From assembly GCF_009914755.1 (NCBI RefSeq), contig NC_060925.1: a DNA stretch of 64,000 nt. One strand, written 5' to 3'. This document shows positions 13,065-26,006 of the stretch, in pieces. Numbering within the stretch: the stretch's first letter is position 1; the number at the start of each line of letters is the position of its first letter. The position numbers were made by a program, and so were the translations under genes. Source of the stretch: the human T2T-CHM13v2.0 reference genome, Homo sapiens. The notes under the pieces are model-generated. The model made no database searches and had not been told where the DNA came from. It saw only the letters and a program-made list of their open reading frames with translations.

Positions 13065-13145
13065 AAGGGAGGTGCTGCTGACTGTGAATATAAACAGGTT
13101 CAAGAAGGGCTTAAAGAAATTCCTAGATGACAGATCCCTAGCAGG
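13065..13145 (+). mobile_element. CR1/L3-family LINE 3' fragment
   Basis: Translates EVLLTVNINRFKKGLKKFLDDRS, resembling the CR1 ORF2 C-terminal FKKxLDxxM motif. Confidence 0.6.
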
Positions 13146-15871
13146 TAACAGGTCATTAATAACCATGAAAGATGATGATGGTAATAATAATAATAATTAA
13201 TAATAATAGCTTCAAGGGAGCTTTCATACTTTTAAAAGCTTTTTTCCTACCAGTGTCTCATTAGATACTCACCACTGCTTTGGGGAGGGTGTAGATGCGC
13301 AGAAAGGTGAAAGGACTTGCCTGAGGCCACACAGCTTGTTCAGGTTGTTCAGGGCAAAGCTGGCACTAGATTCAAGGGGCGTTCCTGACTCCTTCCCCAG
13401 GACTTTCTTTGAGGGTGGGGTAAACTATTGATAGGAGATATTGGGTGTGTCCTGAGCCTAGAGCCTCATTCCTGTCCTCCTCTTCCCATTTCAATGGCCC
13501 CAGTCCTGCATCATCATACGGTTCCCGTAAACCCTTCATTCTAAGGTGTTCACCGTGGACAGCAGAAATCAGCGTCCTAGCCCTGTCACTGATTTGTCAT
13601 GTGACACTGAGCAACAGTCTTCTGCTCTCTTCAGTTTTCCCATTTGTGCAAGGTGATGGTTGGATATTCTGGGAAGTTAACCTTTCAGATCCACTGATTC
13701 CTCTTGGTAAAATGGGATGGTGGAAGTACCTGTCATGAGGTGTAATTGACACATGCATGTAACCAGCTTAGCAATATGCCTGGCACAGAGTGAGCACTCA
13801 ACATATGTAAGTTTTGGGCAATATCTGAGAGAATAGACCCCAAGGTGAGACACTCCAGGTTGTTATAGAACAGGCTGGGGAGAGAATTGTGTCGTCTTCG
13901 GGTGGTTGGTCTGCTGTTCCCCTGCTCAAGGGTTTTCAAGCTGGGTTCTGTGGACCCTATGGGCTTCTGGGGAGTCTTCCTCAACTTTCATCTTTGCAAT
14001 GGTCCCTTAAAACATTTTTGGTGATCTGTATTCTTACTAGAATCTGGAAGGGGCTATTCTGTAAGCGGAGTGAGGCTTTAGAAGTTTTGTGAGTTCACCA
14101 GATGCATCCCATCTTAACTGTGTGAGAACATTTGTTCTGAAGCTAGTTTATCTTATTCTATCCTCGCATTGTCCTGTAATTTGCTCTTGAGAGGAGCACT
14201 TGTTCTAAATGACAATCAAGGTCCCCCTTGGAGAGTGAAAGGGGCCAGTGCTGCCACCTACAGACAGAAAGGTGATTAGATTCATTTCATAAAGAGCCTG
14301 GTTAAAGAGCAGCAGAAAAAGCAAGGAGAGCTTTTGTCAACAGCCCCAAAAGTCTCCCTCACCTTATTACCCTACTATTTAAAAATCTATCATGTTTACC
14401 ACTATTATCTTCAGACATCTTACATTAACAGAAATCACTGATTGCAAACCAGGATGCATATAGTGCCATTTCCATTTGGGGGGCCACCACTGGAGCCCTG
14501 AAATCACCATGGCACCTTGTATAAGAGATGAGATGATTCTGTATCCATTTATTGATTGGCTCAGTACATATTGTATCATTGCTTTAGTACTGGATCAAAA
14601 TTGTGAAGGTCTTGTATCTTTGCAGAATTTGCAAAACTTTGGCTTAACAGATTCCATTGGGATGGGATAATCTAAATGTAAGTACCAAGAATTGACCAAA
14701 TGGGGAATTCTTACTCTTGAGGTTTAGTGAGCTCACAGGAGTTTCCTCCAGAGTTTTCTTAGGCCAGTAGGCAGATGCAATCTGTCCAGTGTGGGGAGCC
14801 AGGAAGAGAGATCTGATCTCTGCAATTCAGGGCTCATGGTGAATTTGAGATTTACTGCCAACTTTCCTTGGCCACAGAGATTGTGAACAGGAAGTGAAAC
14901 TTGGGCCAGACAGCCTGGGGGTGCAGAGCTAATATAGACTGAGGAAGGCAAACATGTATAGATCATTCGCAGGGCAACCCATGCTAAAGCATCACTACAA
15001 ATCCACTTATCAAATGTTTTCTCCATTCATCAAAGGAAAAAACAGGAGCTCAGAGTGGGGAACTGCCCTGTGCAAGGCCCCCAGCAGATGGAGAATGGAG
15101 TCAGGACCAGAATCCAGGCCTTCTGACTCCTTACCATATGCTTTCCAGGGAGACTGGCCTCCTAACCCTTCATTCCCTGTAGACAACCTGACATTGCAGG
15201 TCCTTCTCCACTTCAGAGTTTATAGCTAGTTCTCTTGAAGACCCACCTGAAGTAGCAGTCATGGATACAGACACAGGACAAAGGTTCAGGAGCCCCCAGA
15301 GTTCTCTCAAACATTGTCTCTACTCAGATGCTCCTGATGCCTCCTGTTCACAGTAGGTGACCTCCTGGAATAGGGCCTGGCTCCCTACCCAAAACTCCCT
15401 TTCCTGGAGGGCTATGGAGATGAAGCTTAATCTTTAATGAACTGGCTTTCAGTTTAACGGCTCCCTTGGCAATGATTAATACCCAGTGACCTAGTCTGGC
15501 ATCTAGTGAACCTGACCAGGCCTGACTCAGGAGAGTGTTGGTGGCCTTCAGGCCCAAGTGTGGGCTCATATGCAGGTGGAAGAGGCTTGACAAGTGCTGG
15601 AATGGCTTCCTACCTAAGAATATATTCTCTGTCCTGTGCCTGAAATTCTGTTATTTAGGTGGTCATTCCTCAGACGTAGGGTATCACAAATGTACCTGGC
15701 AAGAGGAGCTAGTCACATAAGTTGTGTTTCAAATACTCCTTGGGCTGTCGTTTGGCAGTTCTGGTGTCCAGCAGCTCAGAAGAATTACAGGATTCATGAC
15801 TTTTAATCCCAGGTTAGCAAGCTGATGAAATATCACCGGATCTGCAGTGAAATTAGACTGTAAGCTTCTTG

Positions 15872-15965
15872 TGGGCAAAGACAAGGGTCTGGAGATATAT
15901 AGGGAGAGAACACAGATTTGGAGCTGGAAAGGCCTTGTTGCAAAGTCCAGCTCTGATAGTCACTA
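15872..15965 (+). repeat. ~95-bp imperfect duplicate, copy 1, spanning an L2/MIR junction (partner 16819-16919)
   Basis: Shares tgggcaa.gacaagggtctgga and agaacacagatttggagctggaaaggc...tgcaaagtc...atagtcacta with 16819-16919. Confidence 0.85.
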
Positions 15966-16818
15966 GCTGTGAGGACTTGGGCAAGCCTCCCTAAGCCTCA
16001 GCTTATTTGTCAACCAAATGGAGAAAATAATACCTCTCTCTAGACTCTTCAGAGAATGAAATGAGAAAGTATATGTAAAGTGTCTGATTATTACAGAGAC
16101 ACAGACTTAAGCCAGGCACAGATGCTGTTCCTTCCTTCATTTTCTCTCCTCTTAAGTTTGACTTAGCTGACCCTTTGTAGTGAGGAAGAGAAGATCTCTG
16201 GTTCATCTGGGGAGAAGAATTTTTCTTATGTACTTTGGGATTTTTACAAGGATGGCCTTTCTCTGTGAGACTGGACAGTTAGCCAGATGTCAAGGCTCCA
16301 TCCTATCCTACCTGTTGAAGCATCTGGAACCATTGAGCAGGGCTGGGTCCATCGCCCTCAGTATCTCCTTGCCTCTTCTGATGATTATAAACATTGCAAA
16401 CTGAGAAACTGCATTGGTCAGAGTCTGTCACAGTCTCCTGCCTCTGTTTTGCGTCTTGATACCAGCCCGCATTAACCATGGGTCTGGCAGCAACTCCCTC
16501 CCTCTGCTGCCTGATGGATGCTCTCACACGTTGGCACCTCTGGCATGGTGTGGAGATGTGGCATTTCAGTTCCCTGCCTAGGCTACTGCAGAGTTTGTAT
16601 CCTTCATCTTGAGAGGCATGACCAGGAGGGACACCAAATGGAAAGGTGCTATTCTTCCCTCTATGCTCCAGTGCCAGGTGGCACTGTCCCTGACTGCCTG
16701 AACGTGCCATCCTCTTTCATGTTCCTGTGTCTTCCTCTTCCTCTTGCCTCTGCCTGGAATGCCTTTCCTAGAAGCTCTGTCTGGAGAGCAGCTCATCATT
16801 CAGCTCAGGAACATCTGA

Positions 16819-16919
16819 TGGGCAAGGACAAGGGTCTGGATGGGAGAGATGTGTGGGAAAAGAACACAGATTTGGAGCTGGAAAGGCTTCAGTGCAAAGT
16901 CTGGCTCCAATAGTCACTA
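16819..16919 (+). repeat. ~100-bp imperfect duplicate, copy 2, inside an L2 fragment
   Basis: Same shared blocks as 15872-15965. Confidence 0.85.
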
Positions 16920-17626
16920 CTTTCCACTACTCTGTGTGTATCTATTTACCTGCCCATCCCTCTTACAGTCTGGAGGCTCCACGAGGAGCCCCCCAGTCCT
17001 GGCCTGGAGCTCAGTGCCCAGGACTATGTTCCTGGGACTGCTGAGATGAAGTCATGTGTGAAGGCAGGAAAGTAGCTTCTGTGACCTCCCTCATGAAGAC
17101 AGATCGGGAGCTAGGGTTGGAGGTCAGGCAGGCTGAGCAGGGGACCACAAAGCCCCCAGCAGAAGCCATGGCCCCTTCTCTGTTTTGGTTTTGCTTTTGT
17201 GGGCTTTTCACTTCAGAAGTTAATCTAGTTAATGCCAACAATGTCATTTAGGCAAGCCAGCAATTTCCTTTTGCCCTTTATTTAACAAGCCCTCACCCCA
17301 CCCCAATCTCTATAATAAAGGCATGCAGGTGGGTAATTACAGAGGTGTAAAGTGAGGGTGCTGGGCCAGGGCCAGCTGAGCATTCTGGAGCATCTGCTGG
17401 GGAGGGTCCTGGGAAACTCCGCAGCTCCGCTATTCAGTTTCAGGTAGGGACATAGAGTCTTAGAGAGGGTGAGGCATTTATACAAGGCTACATAGCAAGT
17501 AGAAGGCAAAACCAGGACAGGATCCAGGTCCTTTACGCTTAGCTGAGGTCCTTTCCACTCCTTAGTGCCAGTACTGTCACCGTACCTGTGTCCTGTGGAG
17601 CATCCCACAGATGTGCCTGCTGTCTG

Positions 17627-17820
17627 TCCATCAATCCGTCCATCCGTCAGCCCGTCTCTCCATCCATCCATCCATCTATCCATCCATCCATCCATCCCTC
17701 CCTCCATCCACTCATCCACTCATCCATCCATCCATCCATCTATCCATCCATCCATCCATCCATCCATCCCTCCCTCCATCCACTCATCCACTCATCCATC
17801 CATCCATCCATCCACCCACC
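17627..17820. repeat. (TCCA)n compound microsatellite at an L2 tail
   Basis: TCCA/TCCC/CTCA array abutting antisense L2 3' end tacttattgagggcctactacatgctaggcac. Confidence 0.95.
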
Positions 17821-18134
17821 TATGTATCCTATAGATACTTATTGAGGGCCTACTACATGCTAGGCACAGTGAATAATGACCACGACTGCAGCAGCTCTGT
17901 GATCATCACAGAGATGATGATCTCAGGTCACAGTCTCACACTCAACCTGATGGAGGCATGATGTGTGCACCGATTATTTTAATAGAGAGTGGCAGGTGCT
18001 ATGTCAGATGTGAGCATTGTGTCTCTGTGGGAACACATACAACTTCTCAGAGGAGAGAATATGGCAGTGTCGTTATTCTTGAAGGACAAATAGTTGTCTG
18101 CAAAAGGTGGTGTGTGAGGGCAGGGAAAGTTTTT

Positions 18135-18320
18135 TAAAGAATCTGAGAAGATATTTATCCAAATGTTAACAAAGTTCATCCCTGGGGACTGGGATTTACA
18201 GGGTAGTGGCTGCAAGGAGGTATAGGACAAATTTTACTTTCTATTTTCTACCTTTGGTATTGTTTGAATTAGAGTGTGTATATTAGCATTTTAATAATGC
18301 TATAATTTTGAAAAAATAGT
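18135..18320 (+). mobile_element. Old L1 (L1ME-like) 3' end fragment
   Basis: tctgagaagatatttatccaaatgttaaca...tgggattt...ttttactttct...tattgtttgaatt pattern. Confidence 0.55.
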
Positions 18321-21300
18321 ATAGTGTATTTAGAGAATAAAAAATGTGACAAGTGCAGAGTGCTTGAGGGGGAAAGGAGAATATGGGGTCAGCTGGGCTT
18401 TATCTAAGAAGACCCTGAAATGCTGGGCTGAGGGGTTTGGGTTTTAACCACAGGGGCCCATGGCTGTGAGGGTAGAGGCCACATCCACAAAGCCTAGAAA
18501 TGTCTGCACATAGTAGATGCTCAATTAATCTATACCTGATGTTGAATGAAAGGGGAAGGCCACATAACGTGGAGTCATCTAAGGTCAAAGAAGAGGATTG
18601 TAAAGGTGTGGTGCTTTGCTGCCATGTGTTGGTGGCAGTGGGGAACCCACTACGGGAGAGTGTGAACCTGCAGAAGTGGGTAGACTGGTATGGAGAATTC
18701 TATAATGTGAAGAGAGAAAAGAATGCTGTGGCTTCTTCTTAGATCAGAGGAGTGTGGAATGGGTCAGATCCAGGGACCTTGGCATAAGTTGGCAACCATA
18801 GGACATACTTTTTTATAATAAGGAAATACCCCACACAGAGGCTTCTCTAGACTAGATAAAAGTTTTTGGTGTCCTTTGTGGCTAAAACCTGATCAAAGCA
18901 GGCTACTACCATCTTTTGCCTCCCAGATAGTGTCTTCTTCATTTCCCCAAAGACATCTTCAACACAGCAGAGGAGGGGACATCCTAAAAAGCAGCTCTGA
19001 CCCTGCTGCCTTCTTGCTTGAATCCTTCAGGGTAAATTAAGTCCCCTTGCCCCAGCTTAGGAGGCCTCAGTGTCCTGTTCCTTGCATATTTCTCCAGCCT
19101 CATCTCCCATGCTTTCTTACTCAAACCCTACCTGCAGCCAAAAGTGTGCTATACTATTAAATGTATTTACTATTAAATATGCTCAATATACTTACTACTT
19201 AAAGCACCATGACACCTCATTGACCTCACTATTTGCATACCTATCTCTCTCCTGCCACACCACCCATCTCCCCCTCCTCCCTGATTATAAGCTTCTTGAT
19301 GCCAGGGACTATTTTTTTGCCACTCCCAGCACTTTGCACAGCAGCTGGAGCATACTGGGTGTTCAGTATTTGTTGAAATAGTGTGTGAACAAATAAAAGG
19401 GCCCTTCTGCAATGATTTCTCTTGTGAAATAAAATATCTTATCACACTTCTACCTTCTCTTTCCTCAAGATGCCAAGAGGGTCTAACATCCCTGAAAGAG
19501 ACAGCCTCTTGCCCTGGAAAGATGCCAGAGAGGGAAGCAGGAGACTTGAGTTCTGATCCGGATCTCTCTGCCGTTGGGTGATCCCCTGCCCTCCTCTGGA
19601 CCTCAGTTTCCCCATCTCTACAGTGAGGATAATAATCCTAGTGCTATTTCCCCATAGAAATGTTGTGAAGCTCAAAGGTGAGACCAAAATCACTCATTGG
19701 ACAAACTCCAGGCAGGGTGGGAGTGTTGGCTGGGTAGATGTGGTCATCTGCCAAGTGGCCATGCTGAGGCTTTGGGGGCTCTACTCCCACCACCAATGGG
19801 GTCCTTCTCAGAGACTTGCACTCTCTTCTTCCAGCTCACTCATATTGTGGGGCTCAGAGAATGTTAATTATGAGGGCCCAGCCCACATGGAGGGCTTAAG
19901 ATGAAAGCAAGCTCAGAGTGTAAAGTCTAATCAATGCCCCACACTTGGCGTCAGGGCCTCGGCTTGGTCTGCTTGGAGATGGATCATTAATCTAGACACT
20001 CCGACTTGGAACACTGGGCACAGGAAGTCCTGAAACATTCCTGACCACCCACAGCTCAGCCTGTCAGCCCCATGAGGCAGCCAGTCCTGCCACTGACTTG
20101 CAGAATTTTACCATCTCAAAGTTAGATCAGACTCAAAGAGCAGCTGGTCTAGACTCCCACCCAGGGCAGAAGTACAGGTTCTGTTTGTACACTCGCCATT
20201 GTCCAAGAGCTCATTATCCGGAGTGTGTGTGCTTGAGGAGTGGCGCTGGACTTAGAGTGGACAGATGCATGTGACTTGAAGCCCTGCCTTCCCCTTCTGT
20301 AAAAGTGGGATGAGGTTATTGACCTCACGGGATCGATGTTAGAAATAAATTAATTTTCTTGAAAGTGTTTTATTTCAAGTTTTATGAGAATGATATTCAC
20401 ATGTGAGTTGCTATTATCATTCTTGACATTATAAGCTCCTATCCCTGGGATATATTAATTTCTTCATCCCCAGAGTCATCTTCTACAAAGAGTGGCTTCT
20501 CTGGTTGAACACTTTATGACCCCTAGGGGGTTAAATATAAAGTAAGGACTCCCTTGCCTTGCACCCAAGACCCTTCTCTCCCTCATCAACTGAATCTCTT
20601 GCTTCTCCCCACCCATCAACTGCCCCCTGAGACACAGCAAACTGATCTTTTATAGCTGTTAGCTTGGTGCATTGAAGCTCCCATCCCCTTTTCTCTGAGA
20701 GAATTTCTACTCATCTTTCAAGGACTTGCTTCAAATGTTCTGTCTTCTGAAAAGCCTTTCCAGTTCCCTATCAAAAACCTCTGGTGAAGTTATTTGTTGC
20801 TTCCCCTGGCTTCTCATGACATGTAGCTCTTACTATTATGGTACCAGAGTATAGTATTTAGGTTTTAGCTATTTTTCTTCTTGAATGAATAAATAATATT
20901 AAAATGCAACTTTCCTGGGGACTGGCATTTTAATTATGGTCATTGGTTCCTTGGCATGATTTTTTTAAACAGCAGAGTACCTGGGCTCTGGAAAAAATAA
21001 CTCTAGAATCTAAGAGATCTGGGTATGAATCTATTAGACTCAACCTCTTCAAAGCCGTGTGACCTTGGATGTCATTTTATCTCTCTCAGTCTGTTTCCTC
21101 ATTTGAACAAAGAGGAATTTAACAAAGCCTACTTCTTAGGGTTCTTGTGAGGATTATAAGAGTTATCTACACTGAATAGTAGAATATCTCATCCTGAGGA
21201 TATCAGTCATGCTATCTGGGTCCCAGCTCTGCCTCTCTGGCTCTCTCTCTGTAAGATAACATGATCCGACTATCTCTGCAAGATAACATTTCTCAAGCTG

Positions 21301-24300
21301 TGATCCTTGGTCACAGAGCTCTACCATACAGGCCATGGCTTTCTGAGAGGCCATTCTTGGCCTGTATCACACAGCTTCATTCTTACTGATTTCTTAGGTA
21401 GTCTGGTTTGTAAAGGCCCTTTGCCTCTGATCTCTCATGATGCCATGATTTCATGAGTGAGGCAGGTAACTAGAAAGAATTGTGATGAGGGAACAAGGAA
21501 CGACAAGGGACAAGAGGTTGAGAGACTTGCCTGGTCATGTCCTAGGCCATGGTTTGAGAATCCCAGGCACCTGGGGAGGTAGAGAGGACAGAGCTTTGTC
21601 TATCTTTGCATATTGCCTTACTCATGCCTTGCATGGTGTCCAGCAAAGAATAGGTGTGAAGTGAGTATCTGCTGAATGGAGACCAGGAGAGTCCACAGGA
21701 ATAGTTCTTCAGACCAGATAAACTGAGATGATGCCCAAACCAACCAGGCCTGTCCCAATGACTGTCTTGGGGAAAGACCCATTGAATTCACTCACTCAGC
21801 CTAGAAGACTCAAATTCCAACCTCAGTGGCCACTACAGCAGATCACATTTTCACATTGGGATACAGAGACTTCCTAGAGAGGTGCAGGTCTGAGGAGAGA
21901 AAAGGGCCAGAAGAGCTTCCTGCTCAGGGAAACTGAGGTAGGCAGCAGTTTCCTGAGATGACACTGAGCATCTCAGAGGAGGCATCAGGAGCATCTGAGT
22001 AGAGACAATGTTTGAGAGAACTCTGGAGGCTCCCGAACCTTCGTCCTGTGTCTGTATCCACAACTGCTACTTCAGGTGGGTCTTCAAGGGAACTAGCCGT
22101 AAACTCTGAAGTGGAGAAGGACTTGCAAGGTCAGGTTGTCTACAAGGAATGGAGAGTTGGGAGGCCAGAACTCCTCCCAGAAAGGAGCCCAGGAAGATCA
22201 TTGATGGGGACAGAATTCCAGAGCCGAGGAGGGCAGCAGGCAGAGATCCTGGGGTTTACAAGAAAGAAGAAACACGAAGAGCATTGGGGAATAAAATGAG
22301 CCTTGTCAGCCACCCTCATCACTGACATTGTAAGCTCATAGAGAACAGGACCGGGGCTCCGTGTGGTTTAGAGGACAAAACATGGGGGCACTCCGCTACC
22401 AGCATGGGCTCTGCATTGTGCTTTGCAATTAGTGGATGCATGAAAAACACTCCTTGAACTCAATTTCCCCTCTTCCATTTTACCCCTTTATTTTAAGCTC
22501 AGATCTTCCTCCTCCAGATGGAGTTCTCCCATCTGATTACAGAAACTGGAACAGTGAATACAGAAATCCTAGGATGTTGGAATTTTAAGAACGTTCCACG
22601 ATGCCAAGAAAAATAGCTCTGTGATGAACCAATGGCATCATGATGGCAGATCTGGAAAATACATTCGACTCTGTCTGAGTCACAATCTTATAGGACCACA
22701 GAAACCTTGAGTTCATCCAGTCTACTAGATGGAGAAGTGGAGGCCCTGGGAGGGGCAGAACTTTCTGGTAGCAGAGACAGGTCTGGAACCAAGGACTGGC
22801 CACTCACCCGGCTCTGATCGGATGCCAGGCCTCAGCTGTCGGGCTCTTCTAAGAGCTGTCTGACATGTGTAGCTTTACCTTATCAGGAGGAAGGAAAGAT
22901 GACAGGGGGCAGTCATTCCTGGCCAAGCATCCATCAAGACCCACATAAATATTTTCCCAGCATCTGCATGGCTGGCATCTAGTTGGCTAGGTTCCAGGTG
23001 ACAGTAAATAATTCAGATGACTGGTTACTTCCTGGCCACTTTCTTGGGTGTGTCTTCTGACAACTGTGTTTTCTTGGAATGAATGTTGATGAGACCTTGA
23101 TAAGGGCAGTATGCCAAGCCCTTCCTGGACTCTCTGATGGCATTTCTGGTCAGGAAGAAAGTACCCTTGGGGACTTGATGTGTCAGCGTGCTTGGGGTAG
23201 AAGATTACTTTCACTCAGTCTGAAAGGCCTTTCAAGTGGGGCCAGGAATTAGTTTCAGTGATTAGGGTGGGGTGAGGTTAGAGACTCCGGAACAAAAAAG
23301 TCAGAAGAAATCAACTCAATTGAGGTAAAATGGGTAAGTTTGACCAAAGGCATGTTGGGGTCTTGGCAGAGAAGTTGGTGGGGGAAGACAAAGGTAGTAT
23401 TGGAGCTGGCATAGCCTCAGGCTATCAGAGTGACCAGTTTTGGAGATCAAAGTTCAGGAGGGGGTGTGGTATTTAGGCCCCATCCATTCTGATGCCTCAT
23501 CCAGGGCCTCTGACTAGGGTTGGCAGTGGGTATCTCAGGGACATGCATGGCAGTCTTGGAAGGCAGGTTCTCCACGTCCTGTCTGGTTTATAATAGGACG
23601 TCAGTCAGCGATTTGAGGAAACGGGAATAGAGTAGATAGCAGGAAACATCTGAAAGAGTGGCAGGGCTAGAGAGTCTCAGTGCAGTTGAACCTGAGACAG
23701 GCCTTAGGAAAATCAGACAAATTCTAGATCTCAGCCTCCAGTAGGAGGGGCTCATTATCCTCTCTGCATTAGACAGGGTGGGCTCAGGATCTGAGGAAGC
23801 GGGTCTAAGTGTGCGACGTGAAGGCTTTCAGTTCCTATACTTGCTCAGGGTGAGGGAACCAGGCTGGCATCGATGCAAAGACCAAGCCTTCTGTCACTGA
23901 AGGACAAGCACGTTGTGTCTGCGAGTGGATGAGGACATAGAATCCCAAATGGCGGGAGCTGGAAGGACCCATACCCACAAGGTCTTGCCTGGGCCTCGCA
24001 ATGAAATTATTGGGACCCTGTGTCCCATATGTCTTGATTTCCAGCCTCCAACCCCATATGGTTGCTCTTGGGACCCAGTAGAGACCACAGTTGCTCTACC
24101 CCTGAGAAAGGCAGGCGATGGGATTTAGGAGGCCCAATCTGACTTCCTGTATGTGGTTTTTGTTGATTAGGAATAGGACTCTTCAATCTGCAGCATGGAC
24201 TTATCACCCAGGCATTTGATAAAACTGTTTTGAATCAGCCCATAATCTAAGCCTGTACATTCTCTAGGGATGGGAATTCCTAAATTCACTTCTTCCTAAA

Positions 24301-24787
24301 CTACTGCATGCACATTTGTTCTGATTTTGAAAGGAAATGCAGAATCGTTGAAAACGATGGGCATTGGAATCAGATGGCTTGGGTTCAGGTACAGGTTGAA
24401 CCAACTGTGTACTCTTGGTCATACCCCTGAATCTCATTTTCTTCACTGGAAAAATGGAGAAAGGGTCATCAGAAGGCTTACATGAAGTAATGTGCCTAAA
24501 GTGCCAAGTACAGTTCCTGGCACAAAGTAGATGCTTAATAAGTGATTGCTGACTTATGCAATATTTTGTTAAGCAAATAAGACCTGGGCTCTTATTTTAG
24601 ATCCACCAAAATCAGACTATGTGTCTTTGGGCAGCTGCCTCTCACTCTGAGCCACAGTTGTCTTCAGTAACATGGGGAAAATAATGGCCTCCTCACCAGG
24701 CTATTGAGAAGTTTTAATGAGATGCTTGTAAAGTCTCCCAGGCTCCTCCTGGTTCTCAGGTTTAGGGGAAACTGCCTTATCGTGTAA

Positions 24788-25188
<401 letters not shown>

Positions 25189-25627
25189 CCACCTCATCCT
25201 TTATTCCCCTCTCCCTAATTCAGGTGTCATCCCCTCTCACCAGGACGGCTCCACCTGCCCTCTCACAATCTCTCCCCTGCAGTGTCTCTTGCTCCAGCTG
25301 ATTTTCTCCACAGTAGAAGGACACCTAGAAGGCAGAAACCTGACCACTCTGCCCTCCTGCTCAAATCCTCCTGGCATGGCATTCAGGGTTCTCCATATTC
25401 GAGCCAGGCCAACCTTTCCATTTGCTCTCCCAGATTCTTCCTTGCAGATGCACAGTTTACATTCACATTTACGCACATCCTCATTAGGAAAAGATGCCTG
25501 GGCTCAAAAGCCGTAGGTGTATATTCTGGCCCTTGTTTGGCCATCTGGTCACCTTATACACACTGTTTCCTTTCTCTGGTTCCTTATCTGGAATGTTAAG
25601 GATTGAACTAGATGAAAGCTCAGAGTC

Positions 25628-26006
25628 TCCTATAGTTTGAATGTTTGTGCTTCCTCCAAAATCCATGTTGAAACAGAATCCCCAATGCAACAGTACTAAG
25701 AGGTGTGGCCTGTGGGAGGTGATTAAGTCATGAGGGTTCTATTCTCATGAATGGGATTTGGCCCCTTATGAAAGAGCTCAGGTTGAAGGGAGCACTATCT
25801 CACCTTCTGCCTTCCACCATGTGAGGACGCAGTGTTCCTCCACTCTGGAAGACGCAGCAACAAGGCATCATCTCAGAGGCAGACAGCAACCTTTACCAGA
25901 GACCAATGGCAGTGTTTTGATCTGGGACTCCCCAAACTTCAGAACTATAAGAAATAAATTTCTGTTCTCTGATACTTTGTTATAGCAGCACAAATGGACT
26001 AAGACA
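25628..26006 (+). mobile_element. MST-family MaLR solo LTR (MSTD/MSTB-like)
   Basis: ctatagtttgaatgtttgtg...aataaatttctgttc...gttatagcagcacaaatggactaagaca; 5-bp TSD gagtc/gggtc. Confidence 0.9.

Noticed and set aside
13545-13566. REST/NRSE-like caccgtggacagc (also ccacggacagcc near 47151)
   Set aside because: Only the right half-site matches; the TTCAGCACC left half is absent
16669-16686. 8-bp palindrome cagtgcca-gg-tggcactg overlapping a CTCF-like core
   Set aside because: Short enough to arise by chance; the core lacks the leading CC and an upstream module
17282-17961. His/Pro/Ser/Ile-repeat and Trp/Met/Asp/Gly-repeat ORFs
   Set aside because: Translations of the (TCCA)n microsatellite
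21398-21466. Possible plus-strand lncRNA exon (ttcttAG|...CAG|GTAACT)
   Set aside because: An isolated splice-site pair with no linked exons; such pairs are common by chance
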